From Sphagnum compactum (taxonomy: Eukaryota): a stretch of DNA of 64,000 bases. Below the pieces are notes generated by a model that worked only from the letters and a program-made list of their open reading frames with translations, made no database searches and was not told where the DNA came from. The stretch spans positions 26,960,213 through 27,024,212 of the forward strand of contig OZ234493.1 of NCBI GenBank assembly GCA_965153455.1, written 5' to 3'. Of this stretch, positions 27,401 through 40,674 are shown one piece after another. Every line of letters begins with the position of its first letter. Position 1 is the stretch's first letter. The translations under genes and the position numbers were made by a program.

Positions 27401-30400
27401 CAAAGACTCGACATACCTCTTCATCATCACTTTCATCCTCATCATCATCACTGTCGATCTTGGCTTTGGGTTGTGCAGCTTTGGCAGGGGCAGTCTTCAC
27501 AGGTACCTTAACTCACATAGAGAAAAAACACGCATAAAAAAACAAACAACATAGACCACATTAATTGTTTCCACTGCCAATCACCAGACTGCACAAAAGT
27601 ATCAAAAAGTGATACACACCTCTTCATCATCACTTTCATCCTCATCACTGTCATCCTCTTCATCCTCAGTATCCTCATTCTTGGAAGGTACCTTCAATGG
27701 GGCAGCTTTCACAGGTACAGCTTTCACAGGTACAGCCTTCACAGGTACCTGGCTTACATTCGAAGGACGAATGTCTCAGAAACAAAAGGCAGATATCATA
27801 TCCAAACCTTCCAGAAGCAGAGTCCATGTCAACAAAATGACAAGCCTAGCAGCCCTAGCTGCATTGAAAGCCACCTCCTCGATACTAGCTGCCCAGATAC
27901 TATATGAAAATGACACTTCCTGGAGTTTTTTTTTGAGTCCAAACACTTGTCAGAGCTACAATTTCCTTGACTGTTTGCAAACCTAAAATACTTACTTGGA
28001 GGTGATCCATCCACAGAGGTTGACATCAAATAAATGATGTGTACATCAATGTTAGGACCCCAGGATGTGCATATTCAAAACATACAAGAATGGCTATACC
28101 TCTTCATCCTCACTTTCATCCTCATCACTGTCATCTTCATCATCAGTTTCAACCTTCTTGGGTGGTGCATGCTTAGCAGGTACAACTTTAGCAGGTACCT
28201 GACATCCATGGTCAGAAAGTGTTTTAGAACCTCCAAACCACTGAATCATGAGCAGACATGACTCAGCACAACACGCAGAATCACAGGAGTCCTGAAGCAT
28301 GTGGTTACATCTCCCAAGGAAGAGACTAAGCACATGCAAACTGTAGTGGCAAGAGAGAGAGTCATCTCCTGGGGGAAGAGAAGGTAACAGGATGAAAAGA
28401 AAGCTAATGAAGGTTGAGAACACAAGGCTATATGCTCAGCAGAGACATATCTCAAACCATTCATTGAGACTATACTCTTCACTTTCAATAAAAAACAGAG
28501 AAAACCAGCAAAATTAAAGAAATTAGAGCAAACAACACAAATTCCTAGTTTAGCTTGCCATAACAGCAATTCAAGAATGTAATTTACACAAGAAGGACAA
28601 GAATGTTCAAAACTCAATCCTGGGCAAGCCCATTCAAGTTTTACAATCTATAACTATGTATTTCCACACAATGGATGTCACTACAGCATGACCAGAAAAT
28701 GAGATAGCAGAAAATCAAATGCAATGTATTCTTTACCGCTTCTTCCTCATCACTTTCCTCATTTTCTTCTTCTGAACTACTTTCATCCTTCTTGGCAGGC
28801 GCTTTGACTGCTTTTGCTACAGGCTGCATGTCCAACAGCACAATTCATAAATGTAACTTCACCCTTCATAACAGAAGTGATATCAATATCTCAAATCGTA
28901 AGTCAGTAGTCAAAAGCGGATCCAATCAATGAACTTAAGTCTGTACACAACTAGGAAGAAAAGCATCACACCAAAAATACTACAAAATTGACATTGGACT
29001 CACCACCTTTCCCCTACCAGAAGCTGTCATTAATCTCAAATGGAAATCAAATCAAAAATCTTTCAAACTGTACCTTGGGTTCTTCTTCTGGTTCACTCTC
29101 TTCTTCTTCTGAGGTCTCATCAGCAGTTGGCTTTCCATTGTTTACAGTTATAGCTTTTACAGGGGCAGCTATTGCAGGGACCATCTCCTGCAAAAGAAAA
29201 GGACCTCGAATGATAAGCAAATGTTGATTCACTTGATTCACTCCTATTCCATGCAATAGAACATTTGAAAAAAATCCCAGCCTACAAAGCAAGTGGCAGA
29301 AATACACATAAAAAGATGGATGGGTTCATAAGTACTTCATCAGATGATTCATCCTCATCATCATCACTGCTTTCAGGTGCTACTGGCTTCTTTACAGGCG
29401 AAGCCTTCACTGCCTTGACTGGCTTCACTGGTGCCTTGACCACGGGCTTGATCACTGGCTTTGGTGGCTGCACAGTACCACAGCCAGTTGTGCACATAAG
29501 TTGACACATTATCACAAACTAAGTAGCTAATGAAGTTCAGACTGTGCTGATAAAAGAAACAAAGAAATCCCCAGTAAAGAACAGGCAAGAATATCCCCAG
29601 CCACATGTACCACTTCTTCATCCGACTCCTCAGATGATTCTTCAACCTTGGGAGGGGGAACAACCCTCTTCTCTGCTTTAGACTTCTTGGGAGGAGGCAC
29701 TGCCACAGCCTCTTCCAATGCTCTCTTGCCTAGAGTAACAACATCAGCTGATTGTCATGAAACAAATAATTACTCTTCATCCAATGAAGAAGGATGAAAC
29801 TAGCTGAAAATAATTCAAAAGACCATCTCCAAATCTACCATTTGTGATATCTCCTGACCAAAAACAATGTCGATGTCCTATGTAACAACCCATTTTCCAA
29901 CAATGGGGGCCTTGTAAACCTGATTTCATCAACAAAATTACAAAGGCTCAATTTCACCAAAATTTAATGCTCTAACAGGATGGATATCGGAGATCTCCTC
30001 ATGTCTGTCTTTAAAATGGGAAATATTTTCATCTCCGAACAGAAAATGGGCTTGAATCATCTTGACAGTGAAATTGCATAATTGCAGTACCTGACTTTTT
30101 CTTCTCTGCTTTCAGAGGCACTGGAACTGCAACCTAATGATTTCAATTCACACAATATGAACACAATATCAATTTAACATAGTCCAACACAATATGTGTG
30201 CAGGCAACATGCATGATTCAAATTCATGGGATTGCAGAAAAATCTCCACAACACTTTGGAGGTATCGCAACAATGAGTGCAATTATAACCTTATGAGAGT
30301 CACTCACAAAGTATCCGACCATCACCATCATTACAAGTAACAGTAACAAACTGCCATGACTACCTGCTGGCATTGTCAGCTCTTGAAGGTGTGTGTATAT

Positions 30401-30577
30401 ATTTTACTATGCACAAAATGTACACAAATGATCCAATATACAGAACAAATATTAACTGACCAAAAAATGGAAGCTGCTATCAAGAGCCCAAGAACCAATA
30501 TACAACAGGTTGTAAATGAATTGAAAAGAAATGGAGGCCTTTGGGATGCACACCTCAACTGTTTTTTTCTTCCCCAT
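24440..30577 (-). CDS. Nucleolin (plant NUC-L type): acidic/basic N-terminal repeats, two RRMs, C-terminal GAR (RGG) domain, ~614 aa
   Basis: 19 GT-AG coding exons join in frame (1845 nt): 30577-30554, 30133-30091, 29729-29611, 29467-29336, 29187-29074, 28823-28737, 28198-28100, 27748-27620, 27506-27417, 27288-27196, 27024-26941, 26807-26716, 26590-26476, 26356-26247, 25748-25658, 25444-25353, 25214-25012, 24847-24749, 24468-24440. Starts MGKKK. RNP motifs LFVGNLSF/RGFGFV and VFIRGFD/RGFAYI. RGG tract, ends GKKMTFGDD*. Confidence 0.95.
25870..26030. repeat. ~165-bp dispersed element, copy A (nucleolin intron between RRM1 and RRM2)
   Basis: Aligns with 30230-30385 and 59590-59757 (tgcagagaaatctccac...agtgcagtcataacc...ctcacaaagtg...catgactacc). 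Confidence 0.8.
30230..30385. repeat. ~165-bp dispersed element, copy B (first coding-region intron of nucleolin)
   Basis: Aligns with 25870-26030 in the same orientation. Confidence 0.8.
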
Positions 30578-32100
30578 AACTAGTGAGTATTCTGCAGAAA
30601 AGAATGCTGCAAGAACCCTGCAAAAAACACAATAGACAATGTAGTCAAAACCTCATTTTGCAAATAAGTTAATCCGGTTGTATGGTATATTGATATCGCA
30701 GGATTCATCTAGCAAGCTGAATAAAACAAAAGTACACAATAACACCAAGCTTATCATGTACTGCTCGTAAAGTTTTCCAAACTCCTAGCTGCTGACAGAT
30801 TGAAGATAAGTAACAGGAGGTCCACAAAATTCGAAATCCACAGAGTCTGCGCTGCAGGCAGAACGATTCCAAACAAAAGGAGCAAAATTCAATTGCAGCC
30901 AAAGAAAATACACCACAAACGTGCACCAAGGCATCCATATCAGTTGAAGCGAGGAAATGAAAAGGTGAACCCTGATCCTCACAGTATTGAAGGTTGACTA
31001 AAAGTGCAACAGAAGAAACCAAGAGCTACTGGTTCCACGTTTCTTGGAACTCGTCAACTACTCTTCCATTAAGTGGAGTTGAAGCACACGAGTGCTTCCA
31101 AATGTGTGAAAAAACCACTCCCGCGCAGGCAATGGTGCGGGAATGCAACATATAGCAGCAGGCAGAACCTCACATCATAGGGAAAGGAGAACCCTACCAG
31201 TGCAGGAAGTAAGTGTTCAGGGGTTTCTGGGCTATACCGAAACCAGGACCCAACGTTAAGCAAATAGAGAAAAACCCCTCACAGACTCACACATCGACAC
31301 AAAAGGCATACACGCGACACTTATTTTCCTGAAGTAATGCCAACTACAGGATATGAACCATAAACCCTAGCTTGCGGCTACTTGAACGGTCGCTCTTGAG
31401 GCGTAATGCAACAGAATGCAACATGAAAGCACGTTGCAAACACATTCCCCCTTACACGGACCTCGACACCAAAACATTCCCACATCCCGAGAGCATAAAT
31501 CTCCATTGCGTAAAAACAAAACTGCACATTCTCCTAATCTCAGATACAAGCGTCGTCCTGTAAGAAAAGATCAAAACCCCTAAGCTTTTATCAACAATGT
31601 GAAACACGAAATGCACATAAGGGAGCAAAAAGGACTCCCAGGCGTATGCAGGCATAAACCCTGACTAACGAGAAACTGATCAGCCGTCGTGAAAAAGCAA
31701 GCCCAAAAAAATACGGAAATAGAAAGACGGAGCTATTCTTCCTCCTCCGATGCTGATTTGCACGCACACTCTCCGTCACGTTCCTTGGACACTTGCATTC
31801 AGAGCTCGAAACTGAAATCCTTCAACTACGGCATTCCAAAATCGTTCACCGAACCAGAAGAAACACACAAAGGAACCGAACCCAAAGAAAAGCACGAAAT
31901 AATACAATTACAAGTCTGATGCATAATGTGTTTCGAAATCGCAAGGAAGAGAAATGTTACGAGCGCAGCCAATGTCGATGATCAGTTGCGAGGCGTGCAG
32001 CAAAGTCCCCGCACGCACCTTCGTTCTTCAGGACTTGTGTTGCGCGCAACCAGGCGCTCGATCGCTCGAGCAAGGGCAAGCAGGCGGCCGCCGCGAAAAC
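30578..32100 (-). other. Probable nucleolin 5' UTR with a non-coding first exon and ~1.4 kb leader intron
   Basis: GC-rich block ending in donor AAG|GTGCGT near 32019. Acceptor TTTTTTGCAG near 30618, just upstream of the ATG. Telo-box-like AAACCCTA motifs within. The TSS is not determined. Confidence 0.55.
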
Positions 32101-32372
32101 CCGTTTCACACGGGATGTACTCTACCTCATTAGGGCAATGCTGGCGTCCCATCACATCTCAAACCAGGTCCTTTAAATTGATGACTTGGCATAAACCTGT
32201 TTCACACAGAATATCCGGTTGATTAGGGTCATCCCTGTCGTCCCATCACATCTCAATCCAGGTCCTGGAAACGGCTGACATGGCTTAAAACCCGTTTCAC
32301 ACGGAATGCCCGTTTGTTTGTACTCTAGCTCAGTAGCGCCACGCCGTCGTCCTGGAAACTACTGACTTGGCT
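32096..32372. promoter_or_regulatory. Triplicated ~95-bp unit at the nucleolin promoter
   Basis: aaacc(c/t)gtttcacac starts at ~32097, 32193 and 32288. cgtcccatcacatctcaa.ccaggtcct appears in units 1 and 2, and tgac(t/a)tggc ends all three. Confidence 0.7.
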
Positions 32373-32449
32373 ACTATTTTTCAGGATGTTCTTTCCTCAT
32401 TCACACTTGGACATGCCACTCTGGTTTTAGTGAATGCTCATCGGACAAG

Positions 32450-32645
32450 TGTTTGTTTTTTTCGAATTTGTGATGCAGCCAAACTACTATCATCAGCAAG
32501 AAGATTTAGCCAAATTTGGCTACAGGACCAGAGTTAAAGTAAATTTTCTTAAGAATACTTTAATATTTTGGCTACCTGCTGGAACCCATTGGAGAAATCT
32601 GGTGATATTCTTTTGATGTTTTTGAAATCTGGCGAACTAGGGCCA
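32450..32645. repeat. Member of an abundant short repeat family with core gaagatttagccaaatttggcta
   Basis: Related cores at ~13500, ~52320, and inverted at ~34626 and ~62123. Confidence 0.6.
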
Positions 32646-32766
32646 TCTTTTTCGCATTTTTTGGACTGAAAATATGAGTTTGCCCCCACCCCCCCCCCCC
32701 AACGCCCACCCCCTCCTCCCAAAAACAAACACTGGATGGCCCTTCAAATATGAATTTGTGCTAAAA

Positions 32767-32856
32767 CCTGAATTTTATTTCAGTGGCTTAAATTAAATTC
32801 GTGTCCTTGGAAATCCTGAGTTTTATTTCAGTGGCTTAAATTAAATTCGTGTCCTT
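32767..32856. repeat. ~49-bp direct tandem duplication
   Basis: cctga.ttttatttcagtggcttaaattaaattcgtgtcctt occurs twice. Confidence 0.9.
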
Positions 32857-32913
32857 TTGGAACCCCTCTTCTCCCCTAGAATGTGCCTCTAAAATAGGCC
32901 AATATAAAAACAT

Positions 32914-33103
32914 TTCGCCATTTAATGCTGAATCCCATTTGCCAAAATACCATTTAATGCTGAATCCCACAAGCCAAAATACCATTTTTCAAAAATCCTC
33001 ATATAAAAATAGACCAATTACCTAGGGGCCAAAATCCCTTAAGCTACTAGGTATTCTCTATAATGAATCTAAACACAATATCCTTGCCTTGGTAGGCAAG
33101 GCC
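32914..33103. mobile_element. Internally deleted inverted copy of the 21067-21363 element
   Basis: Reverse complement matches 21067-21200 closely. Contains a 33-bp internal tandem duplication (32918-32985). Confidence 0.55.
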
Positions 33104-36100
33104 ATAAAATTGAACAAATATCTAGTGGAAACCTGCTAGGGAAAAGACTCTGGATTTATAGAATATTCTTCAGTAGTTAAATAATTTTTAAAATTTTAAT
33201 TTAAGCTTCATTTTGAAAATGTGAGAAAGAGATAAAAATATGGAGGTTTATCAATGTATATAAGTTGTAAAGGAGGGGGGTGTAAGGGGTTTGCAGAAAG
33301 AACAATAAGAAAACATGCTTCTATTTTGGGGAGGGAAACATATTCAGGCTTCTATGTTGGGGGAGTGCTCCATGTTCCAAAAAATATTGGTGGTAGGCCA
33401 ATCAAATGGCTCCTTTTGGAAGAGACATATGTATATTGTAGTACCTTTACCATTTTGGCATAAATTAAAATATTTTTTGGTTTTTTCGAACTTTTGAAAT
33501 TTTACTTATTATTTATGCCAAAATTTTAATAAAATCAAAATTTCCAACCAATGAGGTGAAGTAGCATGTCCAAAGGGCCCAAATTCTTTTTCTTTTTGGG
33601 GGGAGGGTGACGGATTTCTGTTGTTCCCAATGTGTTCCCAAGCACATGTATGTACATTGTACACTAATTGCAACATAGTTATTGTTTTATTAACACATTT
33701 ATAATAGTTCTAAAATAATTGCCACATGCAATTGCAATGTAATTCTTGAAAAAGTCAAACAAGGTTGACTACATATGTATGTACAATGTGTATAAATTAT
33801 TGTATAAAAAGATCATTTTCAACTCACTTGCAACTATAATACAGCTAACTGATTTTTTGACATGGCAATTTATTTATTTATTAATATATCATATTTTTAA
33901 GGGGATAGGTGCATAACAATTGTAATACCCAAAGGATAGTTGCATAACAGTTGTGTATGAGTTTTTTTTGAGTTTTAGTTGCATGGTAATGTGGTTTTAG
34001 TGAAATGTGATTTTTCATAGTGCATGGTGACACACTATTAATTTATGAAAATTTAAATGATTCACTTGCAAATATATTGTCAAATGGGTAAAATTTACAA
34101 AATTGTCATTTTTAAGAAAAAAACATGCATTGTGAATTGGGGCATATAATGCAATATTATTTTTAATAATATTCTTAATGTGGCCCAAGTGTGAACTTGT
34201 TATTCAACTAATTGAATTTGAATTTCAAAATTTTATTGAATTTCCCATGCCAAATATTACTCAAAATTCAACCTCTTTCGCACTTTAAGTTAAAAAATTA
34301 CGAAACCATTTTTGTAAAATGATAGTTATTAAAAGATTTGAATGGTTTTGATGTAAATTGGACAAACTTGTGGTCACTCAAACCTATTGTGATGCATTTA
34401 ATTTTGAACATGTGGTGGGTGAAAAAGTCATTGTGTGTATATATATTGTGTAATAATGCAACTATTAAGGTCCACCACATTTTTTTCTTTCAATGCAATT
34501 TATCATTTTGGTTGACATCTTATGATATGGATGAATTTGGATGACATAATAAGTTTCCCAAATATTAAAGTGAAATAAAAGGTAAAACTATTAAATTTTG
34601 GTATTTGTATTTCATTTTTGGTTTTTAGCCAAATTTGGTTAAAATTTCCTTGGGTTGATTGACATTTTTTCTACATCTACCTTTGGATGATATTTACATT
34701 TTATACAAACCGAAATACGTTTTAAAAACATTAGCTTAACACTCATTGTTTTAAACAACCATGATGAAAAATGAAAAGTATTCATTTATCACACATTTTG
34801 TCATATTTTTCTTCATCTTGTATCTATGTCATATTTTTCTTCTTATGCACATTACAAAATTCTCATCCCAAGTTTTGATAATGGAAATTGTGTGAAAACA
34901 TTTTTTCATGAATTTATGTTTGTTGGTCATAAATGTCATATGTCTTAAACACGGATGATGCACATACAAGTAGGATGAAATATTTCCAACCACTTGAAAA
35001 TATTTCATCCTATTTATACATGCCTCATATGTCTTTTGAACACACAACATTTTATGTGCAAAAAATAAATTTAACCTATGAAATAACAAATTTCATGTGA
35101 ATTTCAAACAAACCAATGAAGTTAGTAAGTTTGTGATGTATACATCACGTTTGTTTTTGTTTTTTAATTTTTAACTAATGTTGTTTTTTCACTTTTCTCG
35201 TATGGATGGGTTCAAACCTTTCTCGCACAAAATATTCAAATATGTGTATATTTCAGTACACCAAATCATGAATTATTTTTCCTTGGGATCAAATCCTTAT
35301 AGATATTTCATTTTGCCATAAAACAGTAACACAACTTTTTCCATTGCAAAAACATTAATGAAAAATTACATTGACTTGCTTATTTTTATGGTTCGTTGTC
35401 CAATTTTTCAATATGAACTCACAATATGGATAAGAGCTTATGGTTATTGATTCAAGGTTCTAAAATTGTTTTAATTATGTTTCCATTATGACATAATGAT
35501 GTGTATTGGATGTGTGTTGGTTATTAGTGTGATGAATACTTATGGGGATTTATTGTGCATGATAATATGTGGTTGAACAAATCTTTCTTAACAAATAATT
35601 AATAAAACATTGATTTTCTTAACATGAAGAAAGGAATAAACCCTTTTTTTTTTGTTGGTTTTACATTTTTACACTTACAATAATTTCTTTATAAGTTAAA
35701 ACCTTAAGAAGCCTCCTTGAGATACTTGCACTTTGAAATTTTGAAAGGTCACAATTTGTCTTATTTTTGTTATGTTTTGTACGAAAAAAAAAACTATGGG
35801 TATGCATTAACTAATAATGCACAACAAAAAAATTGGATCATGTTGAAAACTATTTGATAAAAAATATAAACCACCAACCTTTTTTTGTTTGTTTGGAATA
35901 GATGGATTTAGATTGAAATTTCAAAAAATTTGTTGATGTTTTGATTTTGAACATGTTTTTTGCTTTTGACTGAAGATGAATATAAGAGTTCATGGAACAT
36001 AAACATGACTATTAAAGTTAAAACTTTAGATTGTAATTATTCTTTGCTTATAATTTTATAATTTTTTTAATAATAATAACATACATGTTTAAGAACATAC

Positions 36101-39100
36101 ATCATTTGGTGAGTGAAATGAGTTTTTTTCGTTAGGTTCTTGATAATAATAACCCTATGTCACAAACAAGAGTTTAGAACAGGAGGAGGACCATTAAGAT
36201 GGAATGCAATAGTGAAAATGTAGTTCGGGTTAAAAATATATCAGAAATGAAGTTAAAAGATTATGATTTTATGTGGGTCAAGAAGTAAGTGTTAATTGCA
36301 CAATGTTTGTTTTCGAAATTACAGAACATTAGTCAAATTTTGTAGGTTATTAATGTTCATACCATGGTGGGAGAATGAGTTGGAAGCAATGAAATGGACT
36401 TCTACGAATCTTTAAATGAACATATATATAAAAACAATGCATGGTAGCTATAGTTCACTTTTGTCATGCACATAAAGGTCCTGAGTAATAAACATGATAT
36501 ATGTGATCATTATATTCAAAAAAATCATCATACATGATTAAAGTGACATTATAATCAACTCCCTCAATAAAGTTTGAAAAAAAATTAAAGTGTGGAATGA
36601 ATATAGTGTTAATGTTCTCCATACCAAATATTAGAGGAAAATGGGTCGAGAGTTCACAAAAATTTATGTAATAAAACCATTGGGATGATCTCACATGAAA
36701 TATGGCATCTAAAAAATCACTTCAAATGTATCAATATGCTAATTATGAGTGTTGTTATATATGACCTTTCATAACACCCAAATATGTGCCACTTTTCACA
36801 AACCTACATTGGTATTTCTTCACACCCTTAAAATGTTAATGACCATCCCATATCCAAACCATCAAATGTGATATATACCACAAGCGTTATCAATACTAAT
36901 CAAGAAATGTGACAAAATTTTATGGAATCAAGTCATACACACTTAAATTAATGTCATGTGATTAATTTAAATTTTTTGCACATTTCAAAATATTGTGATG
37001 TTGTGAATGAAATGTGTTCCTTTATGTTTACATTCATTTAGTACTCATACCATAACCTTTTCAATTCTTTCAACTACACTCTTTCATGAAAATTGTTAAC
37101 TCAATTTTTCAAATGTGTACATATTAATTGGTTGTTACCAACTAATAACCTATGAGGCAATATAACTTGAAGATTTCATATAGTTCTTACTATGTAATAT
37201 GATCTTAAGTGGATTGGTCTGTTAAAATAACTAGTAACAGATGTTAAAATAACTAAGGGTTAAGTAAATTGACAACCAACATATACAATAATTGATTGTG
37301 GACAATAATAGGTTAGGTTAAACCTGTGACTAGTAGTTGTTATAATTTAAATTCAAGGTTTACCAGCTAATGATTGTTTAATTCAAAGGAAAATTAAGGG
37401 TAATTGAAAATCACATCATTTGGTTCACCTTATAACAACTGAAAGTAACTTTTGATTAATATAACCTTATTGTGATTGATTTTTTTTTGGTTAACGATAA
37501 AAAAAATTGATTGATGATCAAGTATTTTTGGGTAACAATTAAAGGTAGAGAAAAATATTAAGTAAAAAGAGAAAAAAAATTGAAGGAAAAAAACAAAATG
37601 TCAAGTTTTTTAAATTTAAAGGAGGTTTTAAATTGGTTGTTGGCAAAAAAAGAAGTAAAACAAAAGAATTTTAAGGTTATGATGAAAAAACATTTGTGTA
37701 AAGAAAAGAATTTTTTTTCAATGACTATGAAAATCGAGATGATGATCGTTAAACAATTACATTTACTGTGTTAGATTTTGACTTATATGATATTAATGTA
37801 AACTACACATAAATTGATATATATATATAGGTAAGCCAATTTTAAGTCACATATGATGATTTTGATTCAATGTTTAATGTTATTATTAGATAGACAAATT
37901 GTAATTTGATGTTGTTTTGGTCACTTGTCATTGGTTTAGTTTGTAAATCACCCAAAATGCGATGCCAAAAGAATGAATTTTTTAATGGTTTCGTTAGGTG
38001 TAAGTGAATTGAAGTTAACCAATGTTAAAGATTTTGACAAAATCAGTGTTTTTTCACATCTTATGCTAATTGAAAGAACGACATTAATAAATCACTTTTG
38101 TGTATATTTAAAAACATGTGAAGTCTAAGCCATGTTTAAAATATCAGTGTCAAAATTAAAAATATGAGATGTACGACAATGTGAAATGGTGCAAATTCAA
38201 GTTGATTTCTTAAATGTAATTATGGATATAAACATTAAGTATTTAATTATATTATAGACTCAAAATCATTTGTAAGCTAATTGGACTTCTAATTTGAATA
38301 TGTGACATATTTGAGGTTTACACATTGAATGTTTTCATTTTGATTAAACATAGATGAACGTTCAAGGTTAATTGAAAAATTGTTCGGAGTTAAACCTTGC
38401 ATACACACTTTTGAACTGATTTTAAAACAATTTCATCATTGGTTTATTAATAGCAAGGAATAAACAAAAGGCCTAGTGAAAAACAAGTTTTTAAAAAAAA
38501 CCATTGTGTAAACTTTTTAAAGTTTTAGAAAGTTTTTTTTTAAAAATTGTCATTATTATTTAGTAATTCTCAACTTATATGTGGGTGAATTGTGTTGTTA
38601 TTTTAAAAAAATGTAGATACATTTAAAAAAATAATACTTTATGTCTATTTGGTGAATTTTTTTTCGTCTTTTCAAAGTCTATTTTTGTCAAGTTGTAAGG
38701 TAATTTTATGTGCATTTATTTATAATATATTGATTTAACTATAACAATTGCAAACTAATACTTTGTGAATTAAATTAATTTTCATGTCATTTGGGTCCCA
38801 TTATATCTTCTTCACCAATGTTTAAGTATGGGCTTTTACATCATTCAAGTTTATTGCATTTGTGTTTATGTTTGATGTCCCACTTCATTATATCCCTATG
38901 ATGTTGGAAAATATTTTTACATTAATTCTTTCGATAATTAAAATAATTTTTTTTTTCCTTTTGTTGTCCACTTTTCTTCAAATGTCTTTTAGTTTCATAC
39001 ATGAAAGCATATCACAATGGCGAAAAAATGTTGTCACAATTTTTTTTTCGAAAGTCTGCAACTTTCAACATCCACCAAATCAAAATTAATAGAATTTTTT

Positions 39101-40674
39101 GTAAATTATACTCAAAATAAGGTAGTTCAATTGCCAAATAATGTAATTGTCAAAGGAAACTACACTTTAGTCTCAAGAAAAATAAGATTTTTTTTTTTGG
39201 ATTGATATGAAATGATTAAAATTATATTTGTGAGAAAATATGTTACAATATATATATTAAAATGAAAATATACTTTAAAATGATTCAAAAAATTGCAAAA
39301 CTTGATGAAATACTTAGTTTTATATTGAATATAAATTGATTATATTATTTCAACTACAATTGAAAAGTTTGATTATATGATTTTATGAAAAACATTTAGA
39401 TAATGTTTTCTTTCAAATGAATGTAAATGTGTTGAAAAAATCATTTTGTTGAAAAATTACTTCATTTGAAAAATAATAAGAATTATTTTGGAGACCTTTA
39501 TATCAAACTCCATTTTATATGTTTGTCAAAATGCTAATGAAATTAAAAAAATTTCCCCAAAATAATACAAAATGTATCGAAAAAAATATCTTGCTCAAAA
39601 CAACCCATTTATAGTGTGCTTTCACCTTTCAAATATTGGTTCAATTTTGCTTGAAATAATAAGTTTTTGTTCTAATAGATTATAAAAATATAAAGTTGTC
39701 ATTTTACTTTGAAACCCGAAGTTTGGATTTTTTGTGCATTTACTAATAATTTATAATGCAATGTTATTTTTTATGTTTATAGTGTTAGTAAATGGAATGA
39801 ATTAAATAATCAATATCATTCTATATCTACCAAATTCACACACAATACAATGTTGAAACACATGTTATGACTTGAACCTTCACAACACAATGTAGAAACA
39901 AATGATGTGATGTGACATAAAAATAAATGACACGACATGATTTAAAAACAAACAATGTGACACAATACAAAAAACGAATGATGTAATGTGAAACCTCATG
40001 ATCTAATGCAGAAACATGAGATGTGATGTGAAACCTCACAATGTGATGTAAAAACACACGATAAACATTGTTTTTAGTGGTGCAAAACACAAAAACTTAC
40101 CTTCTTTATAGTAGCATGGTTGTGGTAATAATATCAACCTTTAAATTGTAGCAAGTTAGGATCAATAACAACAATGTAGCAACATTTTCAACCTTAGAAA
40201 TTTAAAGGGCATGAGATGATCATGAGAATTTTTTCATGGTCGATGGTGATGAACTTCACAACGAATCCAACATCAATGTTAAAAAACATGTGGATGAAAC
40301 ATGGACATGAAACATTTAAAAAATGTATAAACCTGATTAAATTTCATTGCAATACAAATTTGCATGATGAAAATGTAGTTAAAGGTCATAATGAATTCAT
40401 ATGTGTGTGATAATAGTTTTTTTTTGATTTGTGCCCATTGACCAATAAAATTCAACATGATGGTGTAAATCTATCATGACCTTTGAAACCCTAATTTAGT
40501 TTATCATTAACCAAGGTTTCAATGGACACCAAAATATTTAACTAATTTTAACATAGGTGTTCTTTTTTTATGATGTTATTTAAATGTTAGGAAACCCCTT
40601 TCTCCCCCCAAAAAAACCAAACAAAACAAAAGTAGATAAGTATGTATCATGTATTAAATATTTTAAACAAACTT

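Noticed and set aside
27197..29504. Ser-rich plus-strand ORFs
   Set aside because: Antisense shadows of the nucleolin acidic exons.
21067..33103. Giant TIR element (Pack-MULE-like) enclosing nucleolin
   Set aside because: The inverted 135-bp matches belong to two separate short MITE copies, the left one having its own termini. No target-site duplication.
33500..40500. Short ORFs in the very AT-rich block
   Set aside because: No coherent frame, domain or splice pattern. Likely old TE debris that I cannot classify by eye.
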